From the NCBI RefSeq assembly GCF_009914755.1, contig NC_060926.1: 64,000 nucleotides of DNA, one strand, 5' to 3'. Made by a program: the position numbers and the translations under genes. The notes beneath the pieces were generated by a model that was not told where the DNA came from, did not search any database, and saw nothing but the letters and a program-made list of their open reading frames with translations. The stretch comes from the human T2T-CHM13v2.0 reference genome, Homo sapiens. Of this stretch, positions 15,819 to 34,218 are shown piece by piece; the stretch's first letter is position 1, and every line of letters begins with the position of its first letter.

Positions 15819-16131
15819 CTAAAATCCATTTAGATTGCAAAACATTCTTTCAGGAAATGAACTTTTGAATTTTTCAAATTGATATAGAGAAAATAAGTTT
15901 CACTGGTTTCCCCCCCGCCACAAGATTTTATTACGAAAATTTTCAGAAATATAGAAAAGTTGAAAGAATTTTACAGTGAACATCCCTATAACCACCCCTT
16001 GATTTCACCAGTAACATTTTAGCATACTTGCTATAACCTATATCTGTCTATCCCTCTATATATCAATCTGTTCATTTTTTTTAAAGATGCATTTCAGAAT
16101 AAGTTGTTTATATAAAGTTCTGCCATTATTG

Positions 16132-16436
16132 GGTTTTTTTGTTTGTTTTGTTTTGTGACAGAGCCTCACTCTGTCACCCAAGGTGGAGTCTAGTGGCGTG
16201 ATCACAGCTCACTGGAACACACGCCTTTTGGCTTCAAGCAATTCTTGTGCCTCAGCCTCTTGAGTAGCTGTATTATAGGCATGCACCACCATGCCTGGCT
16301 AATTTTTGTATTTTTAGTAGAGTCTGGGTTTTGTCACGTTGCTCAGGCTTGTTTTGAACTCCTGAGCTCAAGCAATCCGCCCACCTTGGCCTCCCAAAGT
16401 GCTGGGATTACAGTCGTGACCCACCGCAGCCGGCCA
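16132..16436 (-). mobile_element. AluJ
   Basis: Diverged Alu; aagttctgc repeated on both flanks. Confidence 0.92.
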
Positions 16437-17012
16437 AGTTCTGCTGTTTTTATTACATTTTTTGCAGCTTAAAATGAGTGCTATCTTTAGCTTAATCTCT
16501 GATACATTAATCCAGTGCAAAACCAGTGATTTTCTTAAACTCACTAATGACATGAAAATATATTGGAATCTTATGTATTTGATTTCCTGTGGATTCCATA
16601 TTCTAGAGTGCCTGGATAATGTGTTGTTTGGCATTGAATCACTTAATTCAGGAGAGTTTTCAATGCTTTCTTCATATTGCTGAACATATTTGTTAATCCA
16701 GATTTACAAGTGTATTTTGTAATAGAATGTTACTGTTTATTTTTAAATTATTTCCTTTTGGAAATATTTCAGGGTAATTTAAGAAATTTGGAATTTTAGG
16801 AATCCAGATGAAAAAGCTATTATAGGTATCCCTTTGGAGAAAAAGATTTCTAATGTCTTCTAAATACACATATATTATTCTCCAGCCATTACCTTCTACC
16901 TTGATCTGGCTCGGTCCTTAATGTTTCTTAAGAATTGCCACAAGTATATGTGCATCAAAATCACTCCATATTCTTTTTTTAAATGTAAAAAAAACACACT
17001 TATGTGTTAGCA

Positions 17013-17122
17013 ATAGGGTCTTGCTATGTTGCCCTGGTTGGCCTCTGCCTCCTGGACTCAAGCAGTCATCCTGCCTGACTCCCAAGTAGCTGGGACTACA
17101 GCTGGGTACCACTGTGCCTGGC
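17013..17122 (-). mobile_element. Partial Alu
   Basis: agggtcttgctatgttgccc...cccaagtagctgggactaca. Confidence 0.8.
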
Positions 17123-17365
17123 TCACATACTTTCTATAGCTCTTTTCTCACTGTATTGTGATCTTTTTTTTAATTTGGATGTATCTAGCACAAAATTATA
17201 TACTCCTTGAAATCAAGAATTTTGTTCCTGTCTATATTCAACATTATTTCTGGAACATAACAGACAGTAGGTCAGTATCATGCAGTAACTGAATGTAAAA
17301 AAGTTTCAAACTGTATTAATTTTTTTTTCTTAAGGCTTCAAGCTCCCTGTAGAATTCGAAAATAA

Positions 17366-17647
<282 letters not shown>

Positions 17648-18184
17648 TGACCCTTCGTGACATGCTTACTAGCTGGTTTTGGAGCCAGTTGGATTAGCTT
17701 GCTGTGAGTCTTAACTTGGCTTGTATCATGTAATATACTTCTTTTTATTTGTATGTGGCTAGTGCATTTTTATTGGCTTTCTACTTTCTCATTCCACCCT
17801 TTTCCTAATTACCAGTGCTGTGAGAGTTTTGAACTCTCACAGTTAAATTTTGAGTTTAACCTAAGAGCTCTTAAAGGAAAGACAAATAGAATACAATAAA
17901 ACTGCAGACGAACTATTGGCAAAAACAGCCCTCAGGGGGTTCCTCAGTCACTCAACCTGACTGACAAAAAAGATTTGTGGGCCCGGGGGAAGTTAATGCT
18001 TTTAATGCTGTGCATATATAATGACTTAGAGCTAGCCACTGAGAAGGCTTCTAATTCCAGGCATAAATGGAAATTGAGTTGATTAACAAATTGAAGATAG
18101 GTAAAAATGGTCCCAAGTAATAGCATTTCTAGTACTATTCATTTCTTTGGTAAGGTTTTCCAGTTATCTATTTTCTCAGAATGA

Positions 18185-18513
<329 letters not shown>

Positions 18514-18544
18514 ACAATTTTTTTTTTAATATCTCATCATTTAT

Positions 18545-18990
18545 CAGTCAGGAAACGAAGCAAGGCTTGGGCTGAGTGAATTTTCTATTCTACAGGGTAT
18601 CCAAAGAGGTCCTTTGTTGGCATTTAACAGGCCGGTGGACTTGGTCTGGAGCATCCCGGATTGCTTCTCGCACCTGTCTGGCACCTAGGTAGGCAAGGCT
18701 GCAGTGCTGGGCTCAGGTAGAACTAGAAGCACCTATTTATGGCTCCTCCAACAAGGTGGGTCCAAAGTAGTCAGACTTCTTATGTGGCAGCTCAGGGGTC
18801 CCAGAGAGAATGTTCCAAGAAAGCCAAGCAAAGCTGCAAGGTTTCTTTTGACATAGGCCCAGAAGTTCCAGAACGTTACTTCAGCTATCTTCTTTTGATG
18901 ACATAAGTCAATAAAGCCAGGCCAGAGGATGGGGAATTAGACCCTACCTCTCAGTAGGAAAGAATTTGTAGCCACCTTTAAGCTACCACA
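18545..18990 (-). mobile_element. MLT1 (MaLR) LTR
   Basis: Ends gccacctttaagctaccaca; internal cagacttcttatgtggcagctcaggg MLT1 motif. Confidence 0.75.
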
Positions 18991-19017
18991 AAAAGTTATT
19001 CAAAAAAAAATTGTTTA

Positions 19018-19310
<293 letters not shown>

Positions 19311-19464
19311 AAAAAAGTTTAACAATGTTTTAATTTTTGCTTTGCAATTAAAGAATTCTATTTTTGGAGAAAATATTCTATCATTCTATATGCTAAAGAC
19401 TTTGAAGGCTATAAGCCAAAAAGTATAGCTTCATTTTTTTTTTCTTTTGTGTTTTCTTTTTTAG

Positions 19465-19815
<351 letters not shown>

Positions 19816-20561
19816 AAGAAACCTGTTTTTAAAGGTTTTCTCATTCTTTTGTTCAGTCAAAAACTGTCTTTTTTTCCTATTATGTACCAGACACCAGGTT
19901 AGACAATGATAGCAATTCCTCCAGCTATAAAAAAAGCATTTAGGCCCCACTTATAGTCAAGTGGTAATCATCTAAGAAATTGGGAGAAATAACATTTTTT
20001 TCCCAGTCATTTTTACTAATAGCACTTTCTAGAACAACAAAAAATTGCCATACCTGTAATCAGTACACTCAGTGATGACAGCATGCCAGTGTCCTGATTG
20101 CATCAGAGAAAATCTGCTAAAATTCTAGTGCATTTGTGATTGAAATAATAAAATACTTCATTTTAGCCTCTTTTCTACACCTAATATTTCTTTTCCTAGA
20201 TCATGCTTATCAACAAGTCATTAATTTGGGTTATTGCATTTCCTACCATGTCTATTGTGTTGCCCTTGGCAGTAAGCCACAAGAACATTCTGATGACCAC
20301 TTTTGCATCATGGCCCAGTTGTTTGTAGTATAAGAAAATTTCCCACATTACCCAAACCATTTATTGAAAAATCTCTTCTTTACCAAGGGAATACCATAGT
20401 AAACAAACATGGGTATGGTCTTTGACCTCTTGTTTCCTATAGCATAGCGACTGTAACGATTTGGAAGGAGGGAAAAAGAGAATGTGAGAATTTATTTTAT
20501 GTTAATCTGGTGAATGCCATATTCATTGTTTATTGAAGTATTTATTAATAATTTACTATAT

Positions 20562-20873
<312 letters not shown>

Positions 20874-22287
20874 TTACTATATGTAAGAATATTGACCCTG
20901 CTTTGAGCTTTTGAGGCCCAAAATGCTTTCATCCAAGGTGCCTGGCAAGGGGTGTACAGTTGAGATACCTTGTATAGAACAGATTTAATTAATGGAAATT
21001 GGGAATTGGAAGTAGATAAAACTGGAAAATTGGTTTCTTCTGTGTTTTCATTTAAAATATTGTAAAACAAAGTTAACTGTTTTAAGCATCAACAGGGAAT
21101 AAGTGTTTTGTTTTAAAAAGTCTGGTTAATACAGAGTTACTTTTAACTTAATGTGGAGTTAACTATTCTAACATACTACCAGATATTTCATCTTCCTTTG
21201 GTACCTCTAAGGTACTGCCTAAAGGTTGTCATCTTAAATAGCAACTGCTGTTTTTCACTCATAAGTTTGGATGTATGTAGCAAATAATGTAGGTTTTCTA
21301 TTGAGATTTTTGGATAAACTATTATTTTTTCTAATAGAGTGATAAGATATTCTCTACTTTGCTCTCATTCTGAAAATCAGCTACCATGAATATTATAAGT
21401 TACATCTGTTATCTTGCTTCAGCATAGTAATATTTAAAGTGATTAAAGGAAACAAATGTTTACCTTCCAAAAGATGCATTCATTTTATTCATTTATATAA
21501 AAAAACTGCACGTTTAATATATACATTTTGAGTGAAGTCATTGTTAATTAAGGGATGTTACAGCCCCTTTTGTACTATGAAGAGACTTTATGATTTTCTT
21601 TCTGTTAAGGGTAGTATTTACATAAAAAATAATTTCATCAAACCAGAGAGAGGCCAACAGACATTACATGTCATCTCAGGTGGTTCCAAGCAGAGATTAT
21701 CTCAGAGAGCTCTTTGACCATTTAATTTATAAATAATTCTACTTGTGTTTTCTTTCTACTTTCACTAGTTTTCTCTTTCCACTTTTAAAAAATGTTGTGT
21801 TTCTTATTCAGGGTTTTGTTTTGGACTGTAATATTTTATAGAAATTTTAGGATTACTTTCATAAAAATTTCTTAATACTTCAGAGCTAATTCAAGAAACC
21901 TGTGTGCATTAACGTCAGGAAGTTAACTGTCCCACATAATTGCCTTGGAGTTGTTCTGAATTGTTGATTATGGTCTCAAATAATTATCTGACAGGTTTTT
22001 GGTTAGGAATTTTTCTGCTGCCACACACTGTTCCTGTTGAGAATGTAGAGGTACATTTCGGACTTTATATTTTTATGAAACATTTGGAAGGTTGGGGTGG
22101 TGGATGCCAGGTTTCTAAATCCAGAAAAATGTATTTTGTTAGACTATGAGTATCCCTAATCTTTAACATGGGTTAATTGGATGGTGGGGAGTATTTGCTT
22201 TGATTTCCTGTGTATAACTCACCGATGGGTTTCCATTGTTTGATTTTCTTCGCGGATAGGTTTTTCAGATTACAATTAGTCTAAATT

Positions 22288-22620
<333 letters not shown>

Positions 22621-23361
22621 TTACAGTCATTTATTTTAAATATAAAATTCAGAACTCTGTGCTCTGCTTATTAAAGGTTCAAACTCAACTTTCCCATTCT
22701 TTTACAGTTGTATCTTTGTACTTAACAAATAGTTTGTCCAGGGATGTTCATCTGTATACATGTGTATATGCACACAATTCAAAACATATCTGGGAACAGT
22801 TCAAACAATGCCTCTCCCTCACATTATTATTAACAATAGGATAGGGAGTCCACATTGTGTTGGTAACCCTTGTCATGGAGAAAATAAGAGAGCTGATTTC
22901 TGTTAAAAACTAGGCCTTGTGTGCCAGAGTCAATGAATAGCTCTGACATACGTGAGTCAATTTTCCATACACAGAGTTGGCTAAAGTACATGTTTTGTAT
23001 ATTCTGTTTCAGTAGTAAGCCCTTCGATAATCAAGATGAGACTCTTATGTCTTGTATCCCTCAAGTTAATTCCAGTGCATTTCTTTAAAAGAGGTTTGGG
23101 CAAGAAAGCAATGAATCTAATAAGGCTATCAGAAAAGTTCAGAACACAATGCCACGCTTCTTCGACAATGAAGGCAGTACATAACAAATTCCCTCATTTG
23201 CTTGGAAAGTATTGATGAAACAATTAACTTATTTCATTAATCTGTTAAGAAATGAAGTATTTTTTTAAAGGACTGAATAAAAGTCTCTTTATATAAAATC
23301 ATTCAAATAATAATCTTAGCTATTTCCTGTTTGTCAAACAAAGATTAAAAGCATGTATGTG

Positions 23362-23940
23362 GCAAAGCGTGGTGGCTCCTGCCAGCACTTTGGGATGCCG
23401 AGGCAGGAGGTTTACCTGAGCCCAGGACTTTGAGACCAGCCTGGACAACACACGAAGACTTTGTCTCTACAAAAATAAAAATAAAAAAATTATTCATGCG
23501 TCACGGTACATACCTGTAGTCACAGTTGTTTGGGAGGCTGAGGTGGGAGGATGACTTGAGAGTTCAAGGCTGCAGTGAGTTAGGATTGCACCAGTGCACT
23601 CCAGCCTGGGCAACAGAGTAAGACCTGTCCCTTAAAAAAAAATAAAATTTAAAAAAAAAAAAAAGGATGGCTGCGCACGGTGGTTCACGCCTGTAATCCC
23701 AGCACGTTGGGAGGCCGAGGCAAGCAGAATGCTTGAGTCCAGGAGTGTGAGACCAGTTGGGGCAACATGGCAAATCCCCATCTCTACAAAAAAACACAAA
23801 CAATTAGGCATGGCGGCTACTCTGGAGGCTGAGGTGGGAGGATCATCTGAGCCCAGGAGGTCAAGGCTATAGTGAGCTGTGATTGCACCACTGGACTCCA
23901 GCCTGAGTGACAGAGTCAGACCCTGTCTCAGAGAAAAAAA
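23362..23940 (+). mobile_element. Two tandem AluJ elements
   Basis: About 23362-23665 and 23668-23940. Confidence 0.9.
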
Positions 23941-25567
23941 GATATATGTAATGTACCTAGTACATAGAGCCTAGCAAATGGTAGGTGCTATTAACAATGT
24001 TATAATTGTTACTATTAGCAATAACACGATTCTATGGCTTCTCAAAAATTTGTGGCTTTATTGTCATGCAAGATTTTTTCTTTAGTAATAAAACAGAGTA
24101 AAACTTAATTTTAACATAACCTCCCCACATTTTCAGTACAGTAGTTTTAATTCTATTAAGTTCTGTATCTGTATGCTGTATTTTTATTGTTTTTTATTAA
24201 TATTGAATGAGTTCAACTTTTTAAAACTTATGATACATTTTCCATAGTATATTTTTATAATTATTTCTAGGATTTGGTACTCTTTCTACTGAACTTGGGT
24301 CATATGCACATATGGTAGTTCTTTTAAGCACATTTACTTTTCACGGTGCTTTCTTGTGCTGCGTAAAGATGTTGGCTACATCTTGTAGATGTAGAAATGC
24401 TTTTGCATACTTACCGTTTGTACTTCTTTGGATAATTTTCATGTACATCACCAGTGGGATGGGATGATCCTGTATCTTCATTTATTATAAGGAATAACTA
24501 TAAACCAGATAGTTTGTGACTTTCTCCACATACTTTTCGTTAGAATCTAAGAGTTAGGCCTTTGAGTATTTAACTCTGTGCTTTATGGCTCGAAAGATTA
24601 AATGTTAAAAACAAATTAGTGATTGTGTTTAGTTTATTGATTTTTAAAATAGCTCTCCCACCTCAGAGAACTTTGTATTTTTCATTTATTCCAGTAGAAA
24701 TTAGCATCCTGGCATCCATTATTTTTACTGCCCTGACCTTAACTAGACATGGAACATTTTAATTCATTATCTTCCTTACAATTGCCACTAATCTTTACTA
24801 TTACCTAGAAAAGTACTGAGAATTCGTAACCTCTTCAAGGTGTTTTGAGTCTGGTTGAAAGGGTGTAACCATTATAATTTTTCTTCATAACAATTATTAA
24901 TTACAAAGAGAAAATTATTCCTATTTTTTAAATGTCAGATTTTCTTAGTTGAGTGATATTTAATTGGTTATTTTTGTGCTAATACATATATAACTCATAA
25001 GGATTGCTCTGTTTTTTTCAGTTCTCCAAATTCTAGTAGCTGGTAACTCTGACAACGTATTAGTATCAATTTCAAACTGAAATTCTATTAAGGATGTTTC
25101 ATATTCTGCACCCATTTTTTCGCCTAGTTCCTGTCTTATACTTCAGTATAAAACAATGTAAATTATAAATTGGGGACTTTGTCCCTAAGCCTTCTAAATT
25201 CTAATATAAATAGCATTTCTCTGGACTAATACAGGTCTATTAAACAAGCTGCTAAATTTTTGCTGTGACAGTGAAATTCTGCTAAGGGTGAAAAGTGTGC
25301 TCTAAATAATAAAATCCACTTTTAAAATAATTACATATCAAATAGAGGGAATTGCTACTTAAAGCCAAATCTGGCTGCCAAGTAGATTACAAAAATATGA
25401 AATAAAATGTTTACTTTAATAAACAACTTGTTTTCTCTGCTTTGTTATGTATGTATGGCATATTTTCTAGTACATATAATTTCTATTTGCTGTTTGAAAG
25501 GAAATCGAAATAAATTATGTTATTGAACAATGCCACTTTAGCAATTTATGGTTTACTTATATAGTAG

Positions 25568-26453
<886 letters not shown>

Positions 26454-28680
26454 GGTAGAATTTAATCCACAATAAAGTTTTTTAAAATATATTAATTGCA
26501 CTGGACTAAGATTCTGAAGATATGGGGTTCTGTTTGACTTTAGTAACTAATTCTGGACTGTGAGGTCTTTAAGACCAGGAACTATGTCTTATTCATCTTC
26601 ATAGCTCTAGTGCCTAGCACAGTACCTGGTGTACAGCAGGAACCTAAAACATGTTTGTTAAATGAAGTCAAATTAAGATAATTTTACTTCTCTGTATCTT
26701 CCTTTATCTTTTCCTCATTTTCATCAAAGCCTCCTCGTAGATTAAAAGTGAGATAAATACATGTGTAAGTCTATGAATATTCTCAAGCATTACGATAGGA
26801 ACAATATACAGCACCCCCATTTTATAGACTTTTTTTTAAATTAGCATTTGTTAGATTAAGTAATTTTTCTTAATCTCATTGCTAATAAGCAGAGGCAGCA
26901 CATTGGTTTTCTGACATGGTCAGTTCCTAACCTTTAATAATCGATTACATTTATGACACACTTTAGAGTTTTCAAAGCCCCTTTGTTAGCTACGCTTTCA
27001 CTGAATCCTTTCAAGAATCCTGTGAATTAGTGCAAGTAGTATGAACTTTTAGACAGATAAAAGTAAACTGAAGTAATTTGACCATGGTTACCCACTAATA
27101 AGAAGCAAATTCAAAAATTTAAGTCCAGCTTTTCTGCATATGAATACAGGATTTACATTGACAGTTAATGACCCCTTTCCTTTTAGAATTTTTAATAGAA
27201 GATTTTATACCAGTGATACTTAAAATTACAAGAGATTAAAGCAGAGGACTGGGAGTAAGTCACAAATTATTTTCCCTTCTGCTTCTTCAGAACTCATTTA
27301 GGTATGTGCATTTTCATAGTATTCACCTGTTGCTTTTCTCTCTCTTTTTTTTTTCCTGTAATCCCTAGATGGTGGCATCTACCACCTAGACTAGATGGTA
27401 GTACAATTTATTTTACTTTTATTGTTAGATGTGAGTTACAGTTAATTAGAAATCCTCTTGAACAAGTTAGAGAGTAGGTAAAAACAGAAGACAATACCAA
27501 CATGCAGAAGACCTCTTAGGTGGCACTGCCATATTCATGTGTGCGCACACATGCTATTTTCTTCTGTATAAGAAACAAAGTCATTTTTCTTTTATTTTTT
27601 CTATTTTCCTTTTGTTGTTCTGTAGTTTGTATAATCTAGGGTTAAAATCCCAAGAATACAGTGCTTTTTAATTTTGAAGAACTTTTGGCTCAAAATGGGA
27701 GCAGGACATACTGGTACTGTAGACTCTTGTTTCTGTTGACTCTACAAGGAAGGCCTTTTTGAAATAAAATGATGGGTTTTTTTTTTTAATGTAAAGCATA
27801 CTAGTCTGGATATTAAGGATTTTGTATCTGTTTTATGTTTGTTACCAGACTGGCTCCCTCATGTTAAGAAGTAAAAATGATAGATACTTTTGCCGTGTAC
27901 TATTTGGTGTTGGGTTTGGGGAGGAAAATTGGAAGAAAGGAGTGTTTAAAACCTATCTGGCTCTGGTTCACAGGTGCTTCAGCTGGTTTCCCAAACCAAA
28001 GCTTGTATCACAAACTTGAGTTAGTTTGCCTTACCGCATTCTCCAATCATGTGACTGATGGTCGGCCTGTCAGTCATGCTGGACATCCGTATTGGAAGTC
28101 TGCCCTTTTTTCTTCCTTTCTGCTTCATTGCCTCACCTCAGACCTGATGAATAGGTTTCTATCACTAATAAACTGGTGGTGTACTTTATACAGTGTTGAA
28201 ACACCTCAGTAGATTTGTGGTTGGACTCTGACTTACTGTGCATTTGAAACATTAAGTTTGGAACTTTTCTGAGTTTATCCACCTTTAACTGCTGGTTTTT
28301 GTGTGTGTTCTTTTTCCTTAACCTTGGCTAAACTATAATATGTTGTAAAATAATGAAGTATATTTTATTTCACTACCAAGAAGTCACCATATAAGTTCCA
28401 TTGTACTCAATTAACACAGAAATTGTGGCCATTTGCTGATTTAAAGAAAAATGCCTAAGAAAGAAAAATAATAAAAATGCCAACCTATCAGGATTTTAAA
28501 GAAACTTCTGCAAGTGTGCTTCTGGGAGGAATCAGTACTCCTTTACTGAAACCAACTTTGATTTCCTCACTTTTCATACTTTATGCACAGTTAGTTTTTC
28601 TGTGGTTTAGGACTATGAATTAAGAAGCAAATTTTCTGTTTCAGTATGAAATTTAATACAAATCTTTCTTGTATATTCAG

Positions 28681-28722
28681 CGGCCATTGCAGTCATTTGG
28701 ACAGACAGGAAAAAGGTCTAAG
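28681..28722 (+). CDS. R3HDM1: 42-nt exon RPLQSFGQTGKRSK
   Basis: ttcttgtatattcag| acceptor, AAG|gtatag donor, phase 0/0. Confidence 0.9.
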
Positions 28723-29196
28723 GTATAGTAAATATTTTGGTGTGCTGGCATGCCAAGGGCCTTCCTTCATGCTTGATGAATCCTTGTTTTCATATAGCAC
28801 TACATTCAGTTTAGTTCTTCCATATTTTATGGGGGGCAGAAAGCTTATTTTGTTTTATTTGGGATTTTTGTCTTGCCTAGTCGCTTTTGTGCATTGCTTT
28901 TTTTATCTTGATGGTTCTTTATCTGTAGAGAAAATCGCTTTCTCACCATTTTTGGGGATATGAAGTTGGAATTATTCCCATTCTTTCTATTGCTATAATT
29001 TTCAAAACTGCAAATGTTTGTGTTCCTTCTTAACAAAGGCCTTCAGTAGTGTTTAATGATATATTTAACTTGCACATTTCATCTACTGTTATACATGGCA
29101 GAAACTATAAAGAAACTTAGAAACTCTTTCTAGGGGGCTTTTGGATATGCCCTAGATTTCTGAAATGTAGTGTTAATTATAAATACTTCTCTTTAG

Positions 29197-29388
<192 letters not shown>

Positions 29389-29570
29389 TGAAACTTATTC
29401 AATAATACTTGGCACCCAAGAGATATATGAAAAGTTAGAAAACCTCTTTGCTTCAATCTAAGGCTTAGAGCAATTATTACTCTTCTGGAAGAACTTAGGA
29501 ATCATGTAATTAATTAGGAATGTGGCTTTAAGAAAGTTATAAATTAATTTTTATAAAGTTAAAAAATGTT

Positions 29571-29923
<353 letters not shown>

Positions 29924-30693
29924 TTAGTTTTACCTTTTAGAAATTTCTCAGATACTTAATGCTTGTTTGTAAAGAGACCAGCCAAGACTTCTTCTTGATA
30001 GGTTATTTAACGTAACCTGAATGCATGGTGAAACCAATTTTCATATTAGCTTGGCTCTTTAATAGTTATCTAGTATTTCTAATTTCTCACATATCTATTC
30101 TTGTAAAATTTAGAACAGTGAGGTTTAGGCAAACCATTTAGTTTGCATTCTTTTTAATGCTATGACTACTTTTCTGTTAATCTCAGCTATGGGTTGATCT
30201 CTGTCTCATGTTACATCTGTATATTTATGCATAAATATTTTTGGATCCTTTACCAATGTTTATCTTGTGATAACTTTGCCTAGTGGCTAGTTGTACTTAA
30301 TAAGAGTTTGAGCAACTTAAAATGCTCCTTTATCCCAAAAAACAGTTTCCAAGGAATTTGGGCAATTTTGTGGTTATTTAAGAAGCCATGACTGATCCAT
30401 GACATGTACATCTTTTTTATAAAGTAAATATCATTATACATTTGGTGATTCAAACTAAAATTGTTAAACTTTCCCTTGATTTACATGATACCCTCAAAAG
30501 CCTATTACAGATATTTAGGATAGTTGTCACATATTTAGAATATGCACTGTTTTTGAAAAGCACTACATTTTATTGCTTGAAAATGCAAGGAAAATGTTTT
30601 GAAATAGATTGTTGTCAATGAAATGTACTTAAAAATCTGTTTGCTTTGACATTTCTTTGCATCAGAAACATAGGGCTGAAAATTAATTTATGA

Positions 30694-30990
<297 letters not shown>

Positions 30991-31266
30991 GATTTTTTTT
31001 TTTTTTTTTTTTTTGATGTATCTACATAGGAGATAGCTGTATGCATTTATTTGATATAATAGATGCATTTTAGCAATGAAATAGACTTTCTAGCAAAAAG
31101 CAGAAATACAGTCAAAGTATTTACTAAATCCTTGCTTGGAGAATATTTTCAAATATTAACCTTTGGCTTTTGCATGATTGTAATAAAGCTGAAGAGCTAT
31201 ATAATACAGTCTGAAAAAAAACCAATAAAATTGTTTTTTGAAACAGCACTTTTAAAAAGTTCTTTT

Positions 31267-31570
31267 GGCCAGGGACAGTGGCTCGCGCCTGTAATCCCAG
31301 CACTTTTGGGAGGCCAAGGCAGGTGGATCATTTAAGGTCAGGAGTTCAAGACCAGCCTGGCCAACATGGTGAAAACCCATCTCTACTAAAAATACAAAAA
31401 TTAGGCAGGTGTGGTGGCACACGCCTGTAATCCCAGCTACTTCGGAGGCTGGGGCAGGAGAATCGCTTGAACCCAGGAGGCAGAGGTTTCAGGGAGCCGA
31501 GATTGCGCTATTGCGCTCCAGCCTGGGTGACAAGAGCGAAACTCTTATCTCAAAAAAAAAAAAAAAAAAA
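31267..31570 (+). mobile_element. AluS
   Basis: Full Alu; aaaaagtt flanks. Confidence 0.94.
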
Positions 31571-33999
31571 GTTATTTTGTACAAGTCAGAGTAAAGAATA
31601 CGCCTGTTTGGGATGGAGTAGTAGGCAGTGTAATGTTTTTGAAAATTCATTTCTTTGTTCTGTTGACCAAAAAACAGATGTTACACCATCTTAGCTTCAT
31701 GACAGTCTAAAGAGATTGAGGAAAGAAGGGTCAGGCATTCATAAATCTGTTAATACAGAGGAAGCGTATACTTTTTGAAAAAACAAAAGCTGTACCATGA
31801 CCCTTGTTTTTTGTAGTGCATTTTACCTGTTTGAAAAATCTTGAGGGAGAGCCTGTTATGGTACTAAATTTGGCTAGTGAAAATTTATATGAAGAAAAAA
31901 TAACAGGAATATATGTTGTGTATTGATATATACATTATTGATCATAGATAATTTTTTGTGTTGACAGTTCAAAAAGATGAGTTATGGCATGTGGATAATG
32001 ACTAAAGAAGTTATATCAAAAGTCAATTATTTCCCTTAATATATTCTTTCTCAGTTTCTCTTAGATACAATAAGCTTTTTCTTTTTGGATAATTGCCTAT
32101 GAATACAATCCTCTGAATAAAAGATACTTCTTCTAGTAGGAAGTCTTTTTCCAAGCCTTGAGATAAATAAATTGCACCTGAGTGGAAATTGGAAAATAAA
32201 TTATTTCTCATGAAAGGTACTAGTATCTAATCCTTGATGGTAGACACAGTTTCCAACTAATTTGCTTGATTCAGAATGTGATTTTTGAGGAATTAATCTG
32301 GAATAAAACTCATTATTCAAAAAGTTGAGAGGCAATTAAGAGAGAGATGTCACTTGTATCTGATGAGAGCTTGTGAGAGGGAAGTGACCTCAATAACAGA
32401 TGTTATTGACAGAGTGAAGAGTAAAGGAATTGCAGTTTCCTATGGAGAGGTAGCTATTATTCCAGTTATTTATAGTCTGAAGATTTTGTGTATAAGAACT
32501 TCAGTGTTTAAAATATATCTTGTTTATTTGCTACTGAAAACTAGGCCAACTGAAGACAGGCCTCAGTACATTAAGCTTACAAGATTTTAAAAATATAGTT
32601 CATCTTGATAAAATAGTTTAGTATCTGTAATTAAAATATATGGCTTTTTGAGGAGAGCTTAGAAATGAAATCTGCTAGTTACTGGAAGTGCCTTTTAGTG
32701 AAGATCTAAGAGGAGGTAGTGTGAAATCTTTTCTCCCAGCCTGGATTTCACTGGGTTCCTCTTGAGTAACCAGAATAGTAGTTACAAGTCAAGAAAACTT
32801 CTAAATATTATACTTCTGAAAAATAGTTCTGGGATTCATTTCTAGATACCTGTTTTACAGTTATGAAAAGCGTAAAGAAAGTGGGTTGGAAAATGAATCA
32901 CAATAAGAAAAATTACTTACTGGTTGATGAGTGTAAGGAAGTTGCCAGTGTCTTTGGTAAACAAGACAGAGAGTGCAAAAAGCAAGTGTTTGTCATCCTA
33001 GTAAAAACTGCCAGTGTGCATCATTTACCCTATATTATGAACACAAATTTTAACTGGTATGATGAATTAAGAAGAAGAAAAGAGATGAAAATAGCAGGTA
33101 GCAGTCCTATTGGGGTAAAAAGTCTACGTGTCTGATTGATGGTTTTCTTGACTATAGAACAACAGTATAATTTAGTCTAAAAATAGGCTACACTTTTATC
33201 TTTAGTAAAACTGGTGTAGAATTTATTATAGCTTTCTTTATAACTTTACCTAAGTAAACAGAGCTACATGATTTTTGCCTTTTCTGTGTGGATTAATTTC
33301 TAGTAATCCCTTTGGGTTCTGGAATTACATGTAATGGCATTGTTTTTAAAATAAAACATGAATTCTCCTTTCAGTCTTACAGAATGTGGTTACTTTACAA
33401 TTAAACATTACGTATCTGTAAGGATACAATTTTGTTTGAAATCTTTCTAAAAAACTGTGGTGATTGAAGGATTGACAGTGATATATAAATCTCAAAAAGG
33501 AAATAAAGCTGTGTGCCGTTGATTTTGGAAATGTTTGTACTTAACATTTTTATATGGTAGGAGAATGAAGGAATGTGTGATTATAATGGATACTCAGAAA
33601 CCTGATTTTTATTAATCATTGACTTGACACTTATACATTCGTATTGTCATGATTGATGATAATTATGCTCTTGCTTGGCATCTTCCTTGCAAAAATAAGT
33701 TAAGAAGACCTGAGTTCTCATCCTCCGGGGATTTTACAAGTTGATGCACTTAAACTATAATAGAAAACATTTATTTTCTCTATAATGTTGAGGATTTGTT
33801 TTAATTGATATATTCAACTCAGAACGTTAGTTTTACATTTTATATAAAGTATTTGATAAAAGTAGTAAAGTATTATTAAGTTGTTTTTTAGTTTGAAGAA
33901 TCCAGTTGGGTAAAATAATCTTTTTCCTCTGTACAATTCTGTGTTACTCAAAAAATATAAATGTGTGGTATTAAATGAATTGTATTGTATTTTCATTGA

Positions 34000-34218
<219 letters not shown>

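Noticed and set aside
21300-22260. 3'UTR-like unique stretch with ACGTCAGGAAGT (CRE half-site plus ETS) at about 21912 and ORF 21940..22149
   Set aside because: No convincing splice sites, poly(A) tail or TSD; a single composite motif is not enough without conservation data.
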